Positions 1 to 10,627 of a stretch of 64,000 bases of DNA are shown here, piece by piece. How positions within the stretch are numbered: the first letter of the stretch is position 1; every line of letters begins with the position of its first letter. Origin of the DNA: Promethearchaeota archaeon (lineage in GTDB: Archaea; Asgardarchaeota; Hermodarchaeia; Hermodarchaeales; Hermodarchaeaceae); the NCBI GenBank assembly GCA_048939245.1, contig JBHLPR010000002.1, positions 20,332 through 84,331 of the forward strand, given 5' to 3'. The notes below the pieces were generated by a model that saw only the letters and a list, made by a program, of their open reading frames with translations, was not told where the DNA came from and searched no databases. Both the position numbers and the translations under genes were made by a program.

Positions 1-1
1 T

Positions 2-1441
2 GCTGAACATCTTTGGGGTAAAGACACCTTTACCACAGAAAAAACCATCAAAACCGATACCAATGATCCAAAAACTCGCATTCTCTCCATTGGTCCAGCC
101 GGCGAAAACCGAGTCCGCTTTGCTGCCATCATGAATGATGAAGGGCGAGCCAGTGCTCGTGCAGGCGCAGGGGCGGTTCTTGGAGCCAAGCATTTGAAAG
201 CTATTGCCGTTCGAGGAACACAAAAACCAGAACTAGCTGACCCAACCACATTTCGAGTGCATGTCAAAACGGCAAACCAATTACTGCAAGGACTTTCCCC
301 GATTCTAGGAGATAATGGAACACTTTACAGTGCCGACATGTTGATGAATCTCTTTAATGATATGCCGATTCGCTATTTCTCCGAATCATCCATGGACATT
401 TCAAAAATCAATGCGTCTGCTTTGAACCAGTATCGAAGCGGTCAATTCCGTTGCCATGCTTGTCCGATTGGATGCGGACCAATCATCACCGTTGAAGAGG
501 AGAATGTAAAACTCAAAGATGTTGCTGGTCCCGAATATGAAACCGTCGGTGCCTTTGGCTCACTCTGCCAAGTCGATAATCTTCCGATTCTTTGCCAAGC
601 AAATCACCTTTGTAACTTATACGGATTAGACACCATCTCTTGCGGTAACACAATCGCCTTTGCCTTCGCAGCAAATGAAGCCAAAAAACTCCCGAAGAAA
701 CTGCTCGGTTCTCTGAAACTCCAGTTTGGAAATGGCGAGACCCTTCTACAGCTTATTGAGATGATAGTTCAACGCCAAGGTTTAGGTGATCTCCTTGCAG
801 AAGGAGTGAAACGAGTGGCTGATAGGTTTGGTATACAAGATATGGCATTTCATGTTAAAGGGCTTGAAATCCCAATGCATGACCCCCGTGCATTCTTTGG
901 CTTAGCTACCGCTTATGCTGTTTCCCCAATTGGGGCCTCTCATATGCAGGGCGATGTGCCTACAATTGAAATGGGTGTTGCAATTCCCGAATATGGTATT
1001 GAACCGGGAGACCGCCATTCCGACCAAAATCAAGGGATGAAGGTTGCCACGCTTCGGAACTGGCGGACGCTTTTTAATTCACTGCCCCTTTGTCAACTTA
1101 CTCTTCTTGAACCTCTTCTTGTTACACAGCTCTATAATGCCGCAACGGGGCTTACTCTTACTCCGATACAGCTCCTTGAGATTGGTGAACGTTCAATGAA
1201 TCTGAAACGAGCTTTCAATATTCGGTGTGGAATCACTGCAAAAGACGATTGTCTTCCCCCAGGGCTACTGAAACCACTTCCTACAGGACTAAATGAAGGG
1301 AAGGTCCCTAATGTAGAACGCCAACTCCATGATTTTTATGAAGCAAGTCATTGGGACCCCAAGACAGGTAAACCAACTCGGGATACTTTAATGCGCCTTA
1401 GGCTGGTTGAGGTTGCTAGCGATCTATGGTCCAGCTCCTAA
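2..1441 (+). CDS. aor: Aldehyde:ferredoxin oxidoreductase family (tungstoenzyme), 5'-truncated by window edge
   Basis: Frame open from nt 2 (AEHLWGKDT...SIGPAGENRVRFAAIMND). AOR motifs: GAGAVLGAKHLKAIAV, CHACPIGC, GPEYET, CNLYGLDTIS, HVKGLEIPMHDPR. Confidence 0.93.
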   Translation, partial: AEHLWGKDTFTTEKTIKTDTNDPKTRILSIGPAGENRVRFAAIMNDEGRASARAGAGAVLGAKHLKAIAVRGTQKPELADPTTFRVHVKTANQLLQGLSPILGDNGTLYSADMLMNLFNDMPIRYFSESSMDISKINASALNQYRSGQFRCHACPIGCGPIITVEEENVKLKDVAGPEYETVGAFGSLCQVDNLPILCQANHLCNLYGLDTISCGNTIAFAFAANEAKKLPKKLLGSLKLQFGNGETLLQLIEMIVQRQGLGDLLAEGVKRVADRFGIQDMAFHVKGLEIPMHDPRAFFGLATAYAVSPIGASHMQGDVPTIEMGVAIPEYGIEPGDRHSDQNQGMKVATLRNWRTLFNSLPLCQLTLLEPLLVTQLYNAATGLTLTPIQLLEIGERSMNLKRAFNIRCGITAKDDCLPPGLLKPLPTGLNEGKVPNVERQLHDFYEASHWDPKTGKPTRDTLMRLRLVEVASDLWSSS

Positions 1442-1567
1442 TGAGATTGTATCTGGCTCTGAATCGTTCGATGGTTGTAGTTCGTTTTTTCTCTGTATTT
1501 GCGGAAGGCTTTAATTCTGTGACACTGGCACCCTCGATGACTGGTTTCAAGACAAGCAGGGTTACAC

Positions 1568-2989
1568 ATGACACCAAAGAAACAAAAAGAAGACCGGCCT
1601 CGTCCTTGGCTAATCGAGCCGCCTGAGATGCCACATCAGGATCCAAAGAAACGAATTCAGAACTTTGATGAAGTCAATCTGGGTTATACCGAATCCCAAG
1701 TTCTTCAAGAAGCGGAAAGATGTATGGCTTGTAAGAATCCTAAATGTGTTAGTGGCTGTCCTGTTGAAATCGAAATTGGTCGCTTCCTAGAAGCGGTTCG
1801 GGAGAAGGACTATCGCAGAGCAATCAATATTATCAAAGAGAAAAATAGTCTTCCCGCAATTTGTGGTCGGGTCTGCCCCCAAGAAGTCCAATGTCAAGCA
1901 GGGTGTATTTTGAGCAAAAAAGGCAATCCCATTGAAATTGGGCGTGTTGAACGATTTCTAGCGGATTGGGAACGCGAACATGGAGTGCAAGTCCCCAAGC
2001 TTCCTAAATCGACTGGTCGCAAAGTTGCAATTGTGGGGAGTGGTCCAGCAGGACTTACTGCGGCAGGAGATCTTGCGCTGCTGGGACTTAACGTGACAGT
2101 GTTTGAAAGTCTGCATGAACCTGGAGGTGTGCTAGTGTATGGTATCCCTGAGTTTCGCCTCCCCAAAGCTATCGTCAAAGCGGAGGTTGACTACCTGAAA
2201 AAAATCGGTGTCGACTTCCGATTGAACGCCTTTATCGGACAATTATATGCCTTCGATGATCTCTTCGAGCAGGGCTTTGACGCCATTCTCCTTGCTTCAG
2301 GTGCGGGTCTCCCACGATTCCTTCGGATTCCCGGAGTTAATCTCGTAGGAAGCTACAGTAGCAACGAATTCCTGACCCGGGTCAATCTTATGCGTGCTTA
2401 CCAATTCCCTGATTATGACACACCCATTATTCATGGCAAAGTTGTTGCAGTGATAGGTGGTGGCAATGCTGCTATGGATAGTGCCCGTACCGCACTCCGT
2501 TTGGGTGCAACGAAGGTATATATTGTATACCGTCGGTCGGAAAACGAAATGCCGGTTCGGCGTGAAGAGTATTATCATGCCCAAGAAGAAGGAGTGGACT
2601 TCCAATTCCTCACCCAGCCCATCGAGTTGATTGGAGACGATCAAGGTCGAATCAAAGTTATGCGTTGTCTCCGCAATTGCCTTGGAGAACCCGATGAAAG
2701 TGGACGTTGTCGTCCCGAACCCATTGAAGGTTCAGAGTTTGAAATGTCAGTGGATACGGTGATATTTGCTATTGGTGCGAGCGCAAATCCTTCTGTGCCC
2801 AGTTGTACACCAGGGTTAGACTGTGATCGGTGGGGCGATGTCATCGTTGACCCCGAAACCCTCGAAACCTCAATAGCGCACGTCTGGGCTGCTGGTGATA
2901 TCACAGGTGGCGAAGGCACCGTCATTGCAGCTGCTGGGGAAGGAAAACGGGCTGCTCGAAACATCCACCAATATCTTCTCACTAAATAA
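1568..2989 (+). CDS. NADPH-dependent glutamate synthase beta-like oxidoreductase (GltD/SudA/NfnB family)
   Basis: EAERCMAC..P.CVSGCP, CGRVCPQEVQC, GSGPAG, YGIPEFRLP, GGGNAAMD, AAGD. Confidence 0.92.
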   Translation: MTPKKQKEDRPRPWLIEPPEMPHQDPKKRIQNFDEVNLGYTESQVLQEAERCMACKNPKCVSGCPVEIEIGRFLEAVREKDYRRAINIIKEKNSLPAICGRVCPQEVQCQAGCILSKKGNPIEIGRVERFLADWEREHGVQVPKLPKSTGRKVAIVGSGPAGLTAAGDLALLGLNVTVFESLHEPGGVLVYGIPEFRLPKAIVKAEVDYLKKIGVDFRLNAFIGQLYAFDDLFEQGFDAILLASGAGLPRFLRIPGVNLVGSYSSNEFLTRVNLMRAYQFPDYDTPIIHGKVVAVIGGGNAAMDSARTALRLGATKVYIVYRRSENEMPVRREEYYHAQEEGVDFQFLTQPIELIGDDQGRIKVMRCLRNCLGEPDESGRCRPEPIEGSEFEMSVDTVIFAIGASANPSVPSCTPGLDCDRWGDVIVDPETLETSIAHVWAAGDITGGEGTVIAAAGEGKRAARNIHQYLLTK

Positions 2990-3168
2990 TGACCGTTTGG
3001 TAATTGTGGTCTGACGAAAGATATTTATTGAATTGCTCTTGCTAAGGTTTTTAAGTGTGCCTAAATTTAAGGCACGTAATACAAAGCTCCAAAAGGGTGA
3101 CCAACCAATGACTGACTGCATACGACCTGCTCAACGACGAGCCACACTGACCCCTACGAGCCCGCAAG

Positions 3169-3807
3169 GTGATGATGATGGGGATGGCCAACGGCCGCTC
3201 ACACGAGCGTTCACTAATTTGGCGGGTATACCGCGAAGCGATGCCTGTCTTACTCTTTACAGTCCTAGCGGAGCTACTTGCAGGCGCTCTCCTTCTTCAA
3301 CTTGACATCGCATTCCACAGCCTCATAGGCGTATTTATCCTCATCCCCGGTCTTATGCAATTACGTGGAAATATCTCTACCAGCCTTGCCCAGCGCCTAG
3401 GATCAGGAACGCATCTGGGAACCATATCATGGAAACAAGGGCTCAATGAGCCTCTCCAGGCTAACATCAAAGCCGCATTCTTTCTAGTCATCATTATGTC
3501 AACAGCACTAGGAATCGGGGCATGGGTAGTTGCATTTTTACTTCAGCTCATTACTCCACAAACTGGCCTTACTCTTCAATTGCCACATTTTCTCGCCGTT
3601 GCATTAATCACTGCACTGCTAGCTAGTGTATTTCAAGTAACAATTACTGTCACCGTATCGTTATTTTCCCATGCTCGGGGTCTTGATCCGGATAATATCA
3701 CTATTCCTCTAGTTGCGGCACTTGGGGACATCATCACTATCGGGTGCCTAATTATCGCTATTCAAGTGGCATTAGCGTTCATTCCGTTAATTCCTGTCAT
3801 CCTATGA
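3169..3807 (+). CDS. MgtE/SLC41-type divalent cation transporter membrane domain, subunit 1 (start may be 3178 or 3184)
   Basis: PGLMQLRGNI..RL, GLDPDNITIPLVAALGD; about 5 TM helices; no CBS domains. Confidence 0.85.
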   Translation: MMMMGMANGRSHERSLIWRVYREAMPVLLFTVLAELLAGALLLQLDIAFHSLIGVFILIPGLMQLRGNISTSLAQRLGSGTHLGTISWKQGLNEPLQANIKAAFFLVIIMSTALGIGAWVVAFLLQLITPQTGLTLQLPHFLAVALITALLASVFQVTITVTVSLFSHARGLDPDNITIPLVAALGDIITIGCLIIAIQVALAFIPLIPVIL

Positions 3808-3811
3808 CGAG

Positions 3812-4417
3812 GTGAAGACTATGGTTGAATACACTGTGAGAAAAATTCTCATCGAGAGCCTCCCTGTGCTCCTCGTAGTCTTAGTCTTTGCCTTGGCTGC
3901 CGGACAATTCCTGGACACCACCCTTGAAGGGCTCAAGACTATCTTCCCTCTAATCCTTCTCATGGTTCCTGCATTCATCGATATTACAGGTGATCTTGCC
4001 GGTGTCGTTGGTGCTCGAATCACCAGCCACCTATATACTGGTGAACTTGACAAAGGCTTTCGACCCTACCGACTTCTCCTCTCCAATCTGATAGCTATAC
4101 TCCTCGTCTCTATGACAGCCTATGCATTCTTAGGTGTTTGTGTAATTGCTATCACTCTCGGGTTCGAACCAATAATCGGACCAATTTTTCCCATCACCGG
4201 CTTTCCGCACCTTTTCATTGCTATTCTGCTAGCAGGTATTTTAGCTACCGCGTTAACAAGCTTGATTGGCTTATTGGCTGCCAGGGTCGTTTATCGTTCA
4301 GGACGGGATCCTGATAGCATTATCCCTCCCTTAACCACAACGGTAGGTGACCTACTTGGAATTGTTTTTGTAGCTTTGGCAATCCTTACAACAGGGATTT
4401 TCCTTGGGCTTGTATAG
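3812..4417 (+). CDS. MgtE/SLC41-type membrane domain, subunit 2
   Basis: GRDPDSIIPPLTTTVGDLLG; follows subunit 1 after 4 nt. Confidence 0.85.
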   Translation: MKTMVEYTVRKILIESLPVLLVVLVFALAAGQFLDTTLEGLKTIFPLILLMVPAFIDITGDLAGVVGARITSHLYTGELDKGFRPYRLLLSNLIAILLVSMTAYAFLGVCVIAITLGFEPIIGPIFPITGFPHLFIAILLAGILATALTSLIGLLAARVVYRSGRDPDSIIPPLTTTVGDLLGIVFVALAILTTGIFLGLV

Positions 4418-4488
4418 AATCAAGAGGTAAAAAAGGGGAAAGGGAAGAACGTTTAGTAGCTCTTCGGTTTTTCGACCATTTGCTCTTT

Positions 4489-5727
4489 TTAAACGCTCTT
4501 CCAGCCTGGAGCACGTTTCCAGATGTAGACGTGAATTAACATCGCCCAAAGCAACCAAAGTAACCAATTGACAGGATTGAATACGCCAGTAAGGAGGAAA
4601 TCTCCTAGTAGAATTGGTGAGATGAAGAAGTAAAGGAAGAGGCTAATGACTCCGAAGATGATGACAAGGATAGTACGAATTATGATGTTCATAATAGTAC
4701 TGTAGTGGTTTGGCCAGTTGCCAAAATAATGTGTCCAGATGAAGATATTCACTATGATGAATACCGCAATCCACGCTGAGTACCCGTGCATCGCTGCAAA
4801 TCCCATTGTTACTAATATTCCCGCAAGCAAAAAGGGCATAATCACGAATGCAAAGAGAGCACCAAGGAGAGTGCAACCAATTAGTGCTGCTAAACCGATC
4901 CACGGTTGTTTCTTTAGGGCTTTCCATGGTTGATATTCCCACGTCATGAGCGTAAGCAATCCGAATAAGATGATCCACTGGGTAAACGCTAATGATAGAT
5001 ATGCGCCACCATTGTTTACTTCGCCTGCAATTGGGTCGTATGCCCAGAAAGGCCAAGCAGTCCAAATTGTCCAATCAACAGTAGTGGTAGCAGGGGGAAG
5101 TGAGGTTGCGATTTGAAAAGGCCAGTAAAGGATGAGCCAGGTCGCAGTTGTGAGCACCACTCCCATCAGCATAACGACGAAGCCACGCTTGGGTTGCTCT
5201 AACTCTGTGAAGGGCCAATAGATACCTCCAGCTGCCCAAATGGATGCAAAACTGAAACCGCACGAGAGGATTGTACCGATTGCTGCTGATGACAGAAAGA
5301 GTGCCAGCCACCAGTTACCTCCAATCGAAGAGACGTTCATGAGAGCAAAGGGGCTAAACATTGGAATCATGTATGGACCAACAATAAACCAGAACACCAG
5401 GATTATCATTGCAATACCGAAGATATTGAGTAAAGTACCGACGATTCCCTGAGTGACCAAGCTTTTCATCTTGGACGATAGGTAGTGTTCAAACCAGATT
5501 TGGAGGACAACAACTAGGATTCCCCATCCAGCTATAGCTGATCCTAAAAATAGCCAGCCAGACCAATAGAAGAGAGAGAATCTCCAGTCCATGAAGATAT
5601 ACCAGAAAACAAGGGCCACTATGAAGACAATGATGAAATTAACCAAACCTGAAACAATCCAGTTCCACCGACGCTTCGTGATAACCGGACGCCACATCTG
5701 ATTTTCTAACGGTTTTTCTTCTGACAT
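4489..5727 (-). CDS. Polytopic membrane protein, probable transporter
   Basis: About 10-11 hydrophobic segments; internal repeats WPFTELEQPKRG / QPWKALKKQPWIG / FGNWP. Confidence 0.6.
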   Translation of the reverse strand: MSEEKPLENQMWRPVITKRRWNWIVSGLVNFIIVFIVALVFWYIFMDWRFSLFYWSGWLFLGSAIAGWGILVVVLQIWFEHYLSSKMKSLVTQGIVGTLLNIFGIAMIILVFWFIVGPYMIPMFSPFALMNVSSIGGNWWLALFLSSAAIGTILSCGFSFASIWAAGGIYWPFTELEQPKRGFVVMLMGVVLTTATWLILYWPFQIATSLPPATTTVDWTIWTAWPFWAYDPIAGEVNNGGAYLSLAFTQWIILFGLLTLMTWEYQPWKALKKQPWIGLAALIGCTLLGALFAFVIMPFLLAGILVTMGFAAMHGYSAWIAVFIIVNIFIWTHYFGNWPNHYSTIMNIIIRTILVIIFGVISLFLYFFISPILLGDFLLTGVFNPVNWLLWLLWAMLIHVYIWKRAPGWKSV

Positions 5728-5730
5728 TTT

Positions 5731-5808
5731 GTCAACACCAGTTGACGTTTTGGCGTTTCATATATCGCACAGTCAAGATATTTAAACATGAATAGGTGAA
5801 ATTTTCAC
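5731..5808. promoter_or_regulatory. Divergent promoter with two short palindromes
   Basis: GTCAAC-acca-GTTGAC (5731-5746), TTTAAA (5781-5786), GTGAAA-t-TTTCAC (5796-5808). Confidence 0.4.
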
Positions 5809-5837
5809 TATCCAATTCTTCTTAAGAGGCTCCAGAA

Positions 5838-6617
5838 ATGCCAGAAGTCGAAATATGTGAAGAAGTGACACTCTATTATGAAGAAAATGGTGACGGTTTC
5901 CCACTCCTCCTTATCCATGGACAATTGAGCGACCTAACAAGCTGGCGATACCAGATTACCCCTTTTGCCAAGCATTATAGAGTAATCGCAGTTGACTTAA
6001 AGGGTTTTGGCAAATCCACAAAACCCCGAAAAGAATATCCAGTCCATTCTCACGCAGATGACCTCAAGACATTACTTGACCATCTCAATATCACTCAGAC
6101 ACATGTTTGTGGGCTCTCAATGGGTGGGATGGTAGCTGAAGTATTGACCATAAAATATCCTCAGCTTGTCAAGGGACTGGTTCTAGCTGATTCTGCAGCG
6201 ATGATTGCGGATTACGCTGTGAGCGATCGCCTCACACTCATGGATGATCACGATATGAACTGGTTTGCTGACTGGGGAACAAAGAAAATTCTTCGACTGG
6301 CATCGGATGAAGCGAAAAATCATGTACGAGAAATGATACGACGAGTTGACAAAACAGACTATCGTTTAGCCATTCTCTCAACAGCTGGATTCAACATCGC
6401 AAATGCATTAAAGACTATCAGCACGCCAACTCTGATCATCCAAGGTGAGAAGGATGAAACAGTACCGATGTGGCACGCTGAACAATTAAAAAGTTGGATA
6501 CCAGACGCGAAATTCATCGTGATGAAAGGCGCATCACACATGACCCCGGTAGATAATCCTGAGGAATTCAACCAACTCGTACTAGACTTCTTAGCAGAAG
6601 TTGATAGTAATAACTGA
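5838..6617 (+). CDS. Alpha/beta hydrolase (enol-lactonase/esterase-like)
   Basis: LIHG, DLKGFGKS, GLSMGG nucleophile, GEKD acid, ASH His. Confidence 0.9.
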   Translation: MPEVEICEEVTLYYEENGDGFPLLLIHGQLSDLTSWRYQITPFAKHYRVIAVDLKGFGKSTKPRKEYPVHSHADDLKTLLDHLNITQTHVCGLSMGGMVAEVLTIKYPQLVKGLVLADSAAMIADYAVSDRLTLMDDHDMNWFADWGTKKILRLASDEAKNHVREMIRRVDKTDYRLAILSTAGFNIANALKTISTPTLIIQGEKDETVPMWHAEQLKSWIPDAKFIVMKGASHMTPVDNPEEFNQLVLDFLAEVDSNN

Positions 6618-6652
6618 AGATTAAATGTGTAGTTATTCTTATGTGAACAACA

Positions 6653-8215
6653 ATGATGAATATTTCACCACCTGAAGATTGGGAATGGATCGGTGACTGG
6701 CTCGGACGTCGCGCAACTCTCACTCCAGACCGTGAAGCCCTCTTTGATGTTACTACCAACAGCCGTTATACATATACCGAGTTAAATCAACGGGGCAACC
6801 AACTCGCCAACCTGCTCTCCCAACAATATGAAATCAAGAAGGGAGACCGTGTTGCTTTTCTACTCAACAATCGTCTCGAATGCATCGATGCATTCGCTGC
6901 CTGCGGAAAACTTGGAGCCATTCTAGTCCCTCTCAACGTCCGGCTTGCAGCCGTCGAACACCAAGAATATATCAACAATGTGACTCCCAAAGTGCTCATC
7001 TTCGAGAAAATTTTCGATGAAGTCATCAGCGAATTTCACCCCAATACCCCCAGCCTTTCTGATCTCCTCGCCGTTGATAAAACCTCTATACCTAAGATTC
7101 ACTCCTATCTCCAACACCTCAAGAAACAATCAACAAGCCCGCCCCAAAGACCAACTATGCACTTTGAAGATCCCTGTTTTATCCTCCCCACCGGAGGAAC
7201 CACCGGCCTCCCCAAAGGCGCCATTATCTCACATCGCCACGTCTTCTGGAATTCGGTGAATACCATCATCAACTGGGGACTTGGCCCAACCGATGTCTGC
7301 CCCATAATCTTCCCCCTTTTTCATACCGGTGGCTGGAACGTCCTCCTCATTCCCCTCTTCCATGTGGGTGCTCGTGTTTTACTCTGGCAAAAATTTGATG
7401 CACTCGATACCCTCCAACGAATCGAGAAAGAAGGCTGCACCATCGTTATTGGTGTCCCTACTATGTATCATCTCATGATTAACACCCCCGCATTTGCTAC
7501 TACTGACTTCAGTTCAGTACGCTTCTGGCTCAGCGGCGGGGCTCCATGCCCTGTATCCATTATGGAAGCCTTCTGGGACTGTGGCCAAGAATTCGCCATG
7601 GGGTACGGTCTCACTGAAGTTGGACCCAACAACTTCTACATGCCACCAGGCGCCTCAAAAACTAAACCCACCGCAGTCGGATTACCCTTCTTCCACAATG
7701 AACTACGCGTAGTAAATGATGACCTTGAAGACGTGCCACAAGAACAAGTGGGAGAACTTCTTCTCCGGGGACCTCACGCCTTCAGCGGCTATTGGAACAA
7801 CCTTCAAGCCACACAAGACACAATTGAACCTGATGGATGGGTTCACACAGGAGATCTGGTTCGTCAAGACCAAGATGGCTTTTATTATATCGCTGGACGT
7901 AAGAAGGAATTATTCATTTCAGGTGGCGAGAATGTTTTCCCAATTGAAATTGAACGGGTATTAGATGAGCACCCCGCAATTGATCAAGCTGCTGTGGTCG
8001 GAATGCCTGATAAAAAATGGGGTGAAGTAGGTTGTGCCTTTATTGTTCTGGAGAAAGGCAAACAAGTATTAGAAAGTGAGTTGACTGAATTTATGCGGTC
8101 CAAACTTGCTCGGTATAAAATACCAAAACGAATAATCTTCGTTGATGAATTGCCTACAACGAGTGCAGGTAAAATTGATAAACGGAAATTAGAGGACCAG
8201 GCGAGGAATTTATAG
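6653..8215 (+). CDS. Long-chain acyl-CoA synthetase / AMP-binding enzyme
   Basis: TGGTTGLPKG, GYGLTE, HTGDL, GRKKELFISGGENV, GKIDK. Confidence 0.92.
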   Translation: MMNISPPEDWEWIGDWLGRRATLTPDREALFDVTTNSRYTYTELNQRGNQLANLLSQQYEIKKGDRVAFLLNNRLECIDAFAACGKLGAILVPLNVRLAAVEHQEYINNVTPKVLIFEKIFDEVISEFHPNTPSLSDLLAVDKTSIPKIHSYLQHLKKQSTSPPQRPTMHFEDPCFILPTGGTTGLPKGAIISHRHVFWNSVNTIINWGLGPTDVCPIIFPLFHTGGWNVLLIPLFHVGARVLLWQKFDALDTLQRIEKEGCTIVIGVPTMYHLMINTPAFATTDFSSVRFWLSGGAPCPVSIMEAFWDCGQEFAMGYGLTEVGPNNFYMPPGASKTKPTAVGLPFFHNELRVVNDDLEDVPQEQVGELLLRGPHAFSGYWNNLQATQDTIEPDGWVHTGDLVRQDQDGFYYIAGRKKELFISGGENVFPIEIERVLDEHPAIDQAAVVGMPDKKWGEVGCAFIVLEKGKQVLESELTEFMRSKLARYKIPKRIIFVDELPTTSAGKIDKRKLEDQARNL

Positions 8216-8258
8216 AATTGTGGAGCAGGTGGAACAATGCGCGGTGAATTGATGGTGT

Positions 8259-10058
8259 TCACCCTTTCTTCTTTCCATAGAGTTCTCTTTTGATTGTTCT
8301 GACTTCTTTTGCCTCATTCTTTCGGTCTAGCGTCTTAAGATGCGATGCAATTTGGTTGAGCACCCACTTCTGTAGCAATCTGTGTTTGGGATTAGTTTCA
8401 ACTAGCATTTTGAGTTCAGTTACTGGGTCATCCCATTTGACTCCGCGGCAGTTCTCTACCCAAAGTTCTTCTTTGCCATCGAAGGTAACTGTCTCTCCCT
8501 TGGGAAGGAACCATAGTCCTTCGATTGACTCATGAGGGTAGGCAGGTCGCATCCCATAGAGTGTTTGGACGTAGAGTTGTCCCTTATCGACCTTCGCAAG
8601 ATTGAAGGTTGGTTCAATTCCATAGTAAGTGGCTTTGTAAATCCCTGTTAGCTTTTCAGCCTGTTCAGAATCTATTGGTTGGGTATTTGGGGTTGGTTCA
8701 ATAGGGGTCACACGTGTCATATTAAGCTCGGCTATAGGATACCTGGCTCCAACATATGTAACACTTTCCGGGCGCTGGGATTTCTTTGATTTGAAATTGA
8801 ATCGTACGGCGTTCCCAGAAGGAAGAATGAATCCATTTCCCTCTGGTGTGAGTTCATATTGATCATGCCAATAGAGCCGTTTATCTTTGTAGGTGACGAG
8901 AACGACATTATTCCATAGACCTGCGTAAAAACCTGCAAATTTGGACTTATCTTCTATTATGGGCGCTTCCACTTTTTCTTTAAGGAACTCCTTTGGTTGT
9001 TTTCGAGTGAGTGTGACGCCATGTGTTCTGAGAAGCTGTTCTCTTGCTTGGTTTCCTAACTCATGTGGGTTCTTCTTTTCACCGGTGTAATCTTCTCGAT
9101 TGGTCTGGACAGCCACTCCGAAATCATAGTCAGGTATCCAGTAGAAGGTACTTCCATAACCAATGGAGCCGCCGCCATGTCCTAAAATTCGTGGAGTGAA
9201 ACCCCCATAAATGTCAACACCTAGCCCATAGTTGAATCCCTTATCCTTGGTAAAATGTGGACGTATCATCTGACCAAACAGGTCCTTTCTGAGGACTGTG
9301 TTTCCATTGTATTTACCTTCGTTCAAGACAAGGACCAGGACCTTTGCAAGGTCGTCCTGGCCAATCCAGACATCTCCACACCCATAATCCTCAGAGGCAC
9401 CAAACTCGCATTCATGTCTACCAGTTTCTGTTCCTATGGCGACGTTGCCTTCTTTGAGAGCCTCGCTGCTTCCATATCGGAGCGTTGTCATTCCTAGTGG
9501 TTCACCCAGTTTCTTCTTTGTCCACCTCGGGTAAGTCATGCCAGTTGCACTTTGAAGGGAATATGCCACAATGTCCATTCCAATGTTTGAGTAATAGTAG
9601 CGATCGTTGACAGGAGCAATCATCCAGCACTCCTTGATAGATTCAACTGCTTCCTCGAAGGTGTAGGGCTCCTCATTACCGAAGTTTCCTCCAATCCGGG
9701 GCTCTCTTGGGAGACCAGCCCGATGAGATAGAAGGTGTCTGAAGGTGATTTTCTCGTGTTCTTTCGGACCGTGTCTTGAATTTATCTTGAATTCGGACCA
9801 GTGGTCAGTTACCTTGTCATCAAGGGTGACTACACCATCCTGAACTGCTAACATGAACGAGAGTCCAGTGAATAACTTGGTAGTGGACCCGATTTGAAAG
9901 ATCGTCTGGGTGTCCACTAAACCTGACCTTGCTAGGTTCTGATGCCCAAACCCCTCGGTCCAGATGGGACCAGCACTCGTGACCACAGACATCGTGGCTC
10001 CGGGAGTAGGTCCTTTTTCCACATAATTTTTCATTCGACGTCGGAGTCGTTTGATCAC
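8259..10058 (-). CDS. Serine hydrolase, beta-lactamase class C/PBP fold, with C-terminal extension
   Basis: SxxK (STTK), LLSHRAGL, YYSN, GHGG. Confidence 0.88.
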   Translation of the reverse strand: MIKRLRRRMKNYVEKGPTPGATMSVVTSAGPIWTEGFGHQNLARSGLVDTQTIFQIGSTTKLFTGLSFMLAVQDGVVTLDDKVTDHWSEFKINSRHGPKEHEKITFRHLLSHRAGLPREPRIGGNFGNEEPYTFEEAVESIKECWMIAPVNDRYYYSNIGMDIVAYSLQSATGMTYPRWTKKKLGEPLGMTTLRYGSSEALKEGNVAIGTETGRHECEFGASEDYGCGDVWIGQDDLAKVLVLVLNEGKYNGNTVLRKDLFGQMIRPHFTKDKGFNYGLGVDIYGGFTPRILGHGGGSIGYGSTFYWIPDYDFGVAVQTNREDYTGEKKNPHELGNQAREQLLRTHGVTLTRKQPKEFLKEKVEAPIIEDKSKFAGFYAGLWNNVVLVTYKDKRLYWHDQYELTPEGNGFILPSGNAVRFNFKSKKSQRPESVTYVGARYPIAELNMTRVTPIEPTPNTQPIDSEQAEKLTGIYKATYYGIEPTFNLAKVDKGQLYVQTLYGMRPAYPHESIEGLWFLPKGETVTFDGKEELWVENCRGVKWDDPVTELKMLVETNPKHRLLQKWVLNQIASHLKTLDRKNEAKEVRTIKRELYGKKKG

Positions 10059-10141
10059 TGGACTATATCGCTCGTTATCGTTCGTGGTGGTTCATCCCCG
10101 TAACTGAATACGAAATCGTTTGTCTTCGAAAATGAGCCTTT

Positions 10142-10627
10142 CTATTTTTCTTTCTCCTCGGGTGGTGGCCAGATTCCCAAGATTTTTCGTAACAGGATAA
10201 TTTGTCCGATGTGATATGCGTTGTGCTGGAATTCGATAATAATTCCCCGTCCAAGGGGTGTGTTTCCAAAACCTTTGATAAGGCGGTCAAAATCAGCTTT
10301 TTCAGCGATTTCTTTGAGTTTGTTAAGATGGTCGGAAAAGTTCTCAACAAGTTGTTTCCAGGCGTTCTCGGTGAGTTTGGCGCCTTTGGGTAACCAGTCA
10401 GTGCCTTCGATTGCTTTCCAATCCAATTCTTTGCCTTCGATGGCTTTCCACGTTATTTCGTGCCAAAACACAATATGGTAGAGGTGATCCCAAATCGATC
10501 GTTCATTTTTGATAGGCTGTTTTTTTGCGTCTTCTGCGGTGATTCCCTGCAGCGCTTTGAGCACATCGTAGTGGGCATTTTTTCCATACAGAGCATCTCC
10601 AAATGCTTGTCTTATCCAATCCGTCAT
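10142..10627 (-). CDS. DinB/YfiT family protein
   Basis: RSIWDHLYHI and HNAYHIGQI motifs. Confidence 0.85.
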   Translation of the reverse strand: MTDWIRQAFGDALYGKNAHYDVLKALQGITAEDAKKQPIKNERSIWDHLYHIVFWHEITWKAIEGKELDWKAIEGTDWLPKGAKLTENAWKQLVENFSDHLNKLKEIAEKADFDRLIKGFGNTPLGRGIIIEFQHNAYHIGQIILLRKILGIWPPPEEKEK

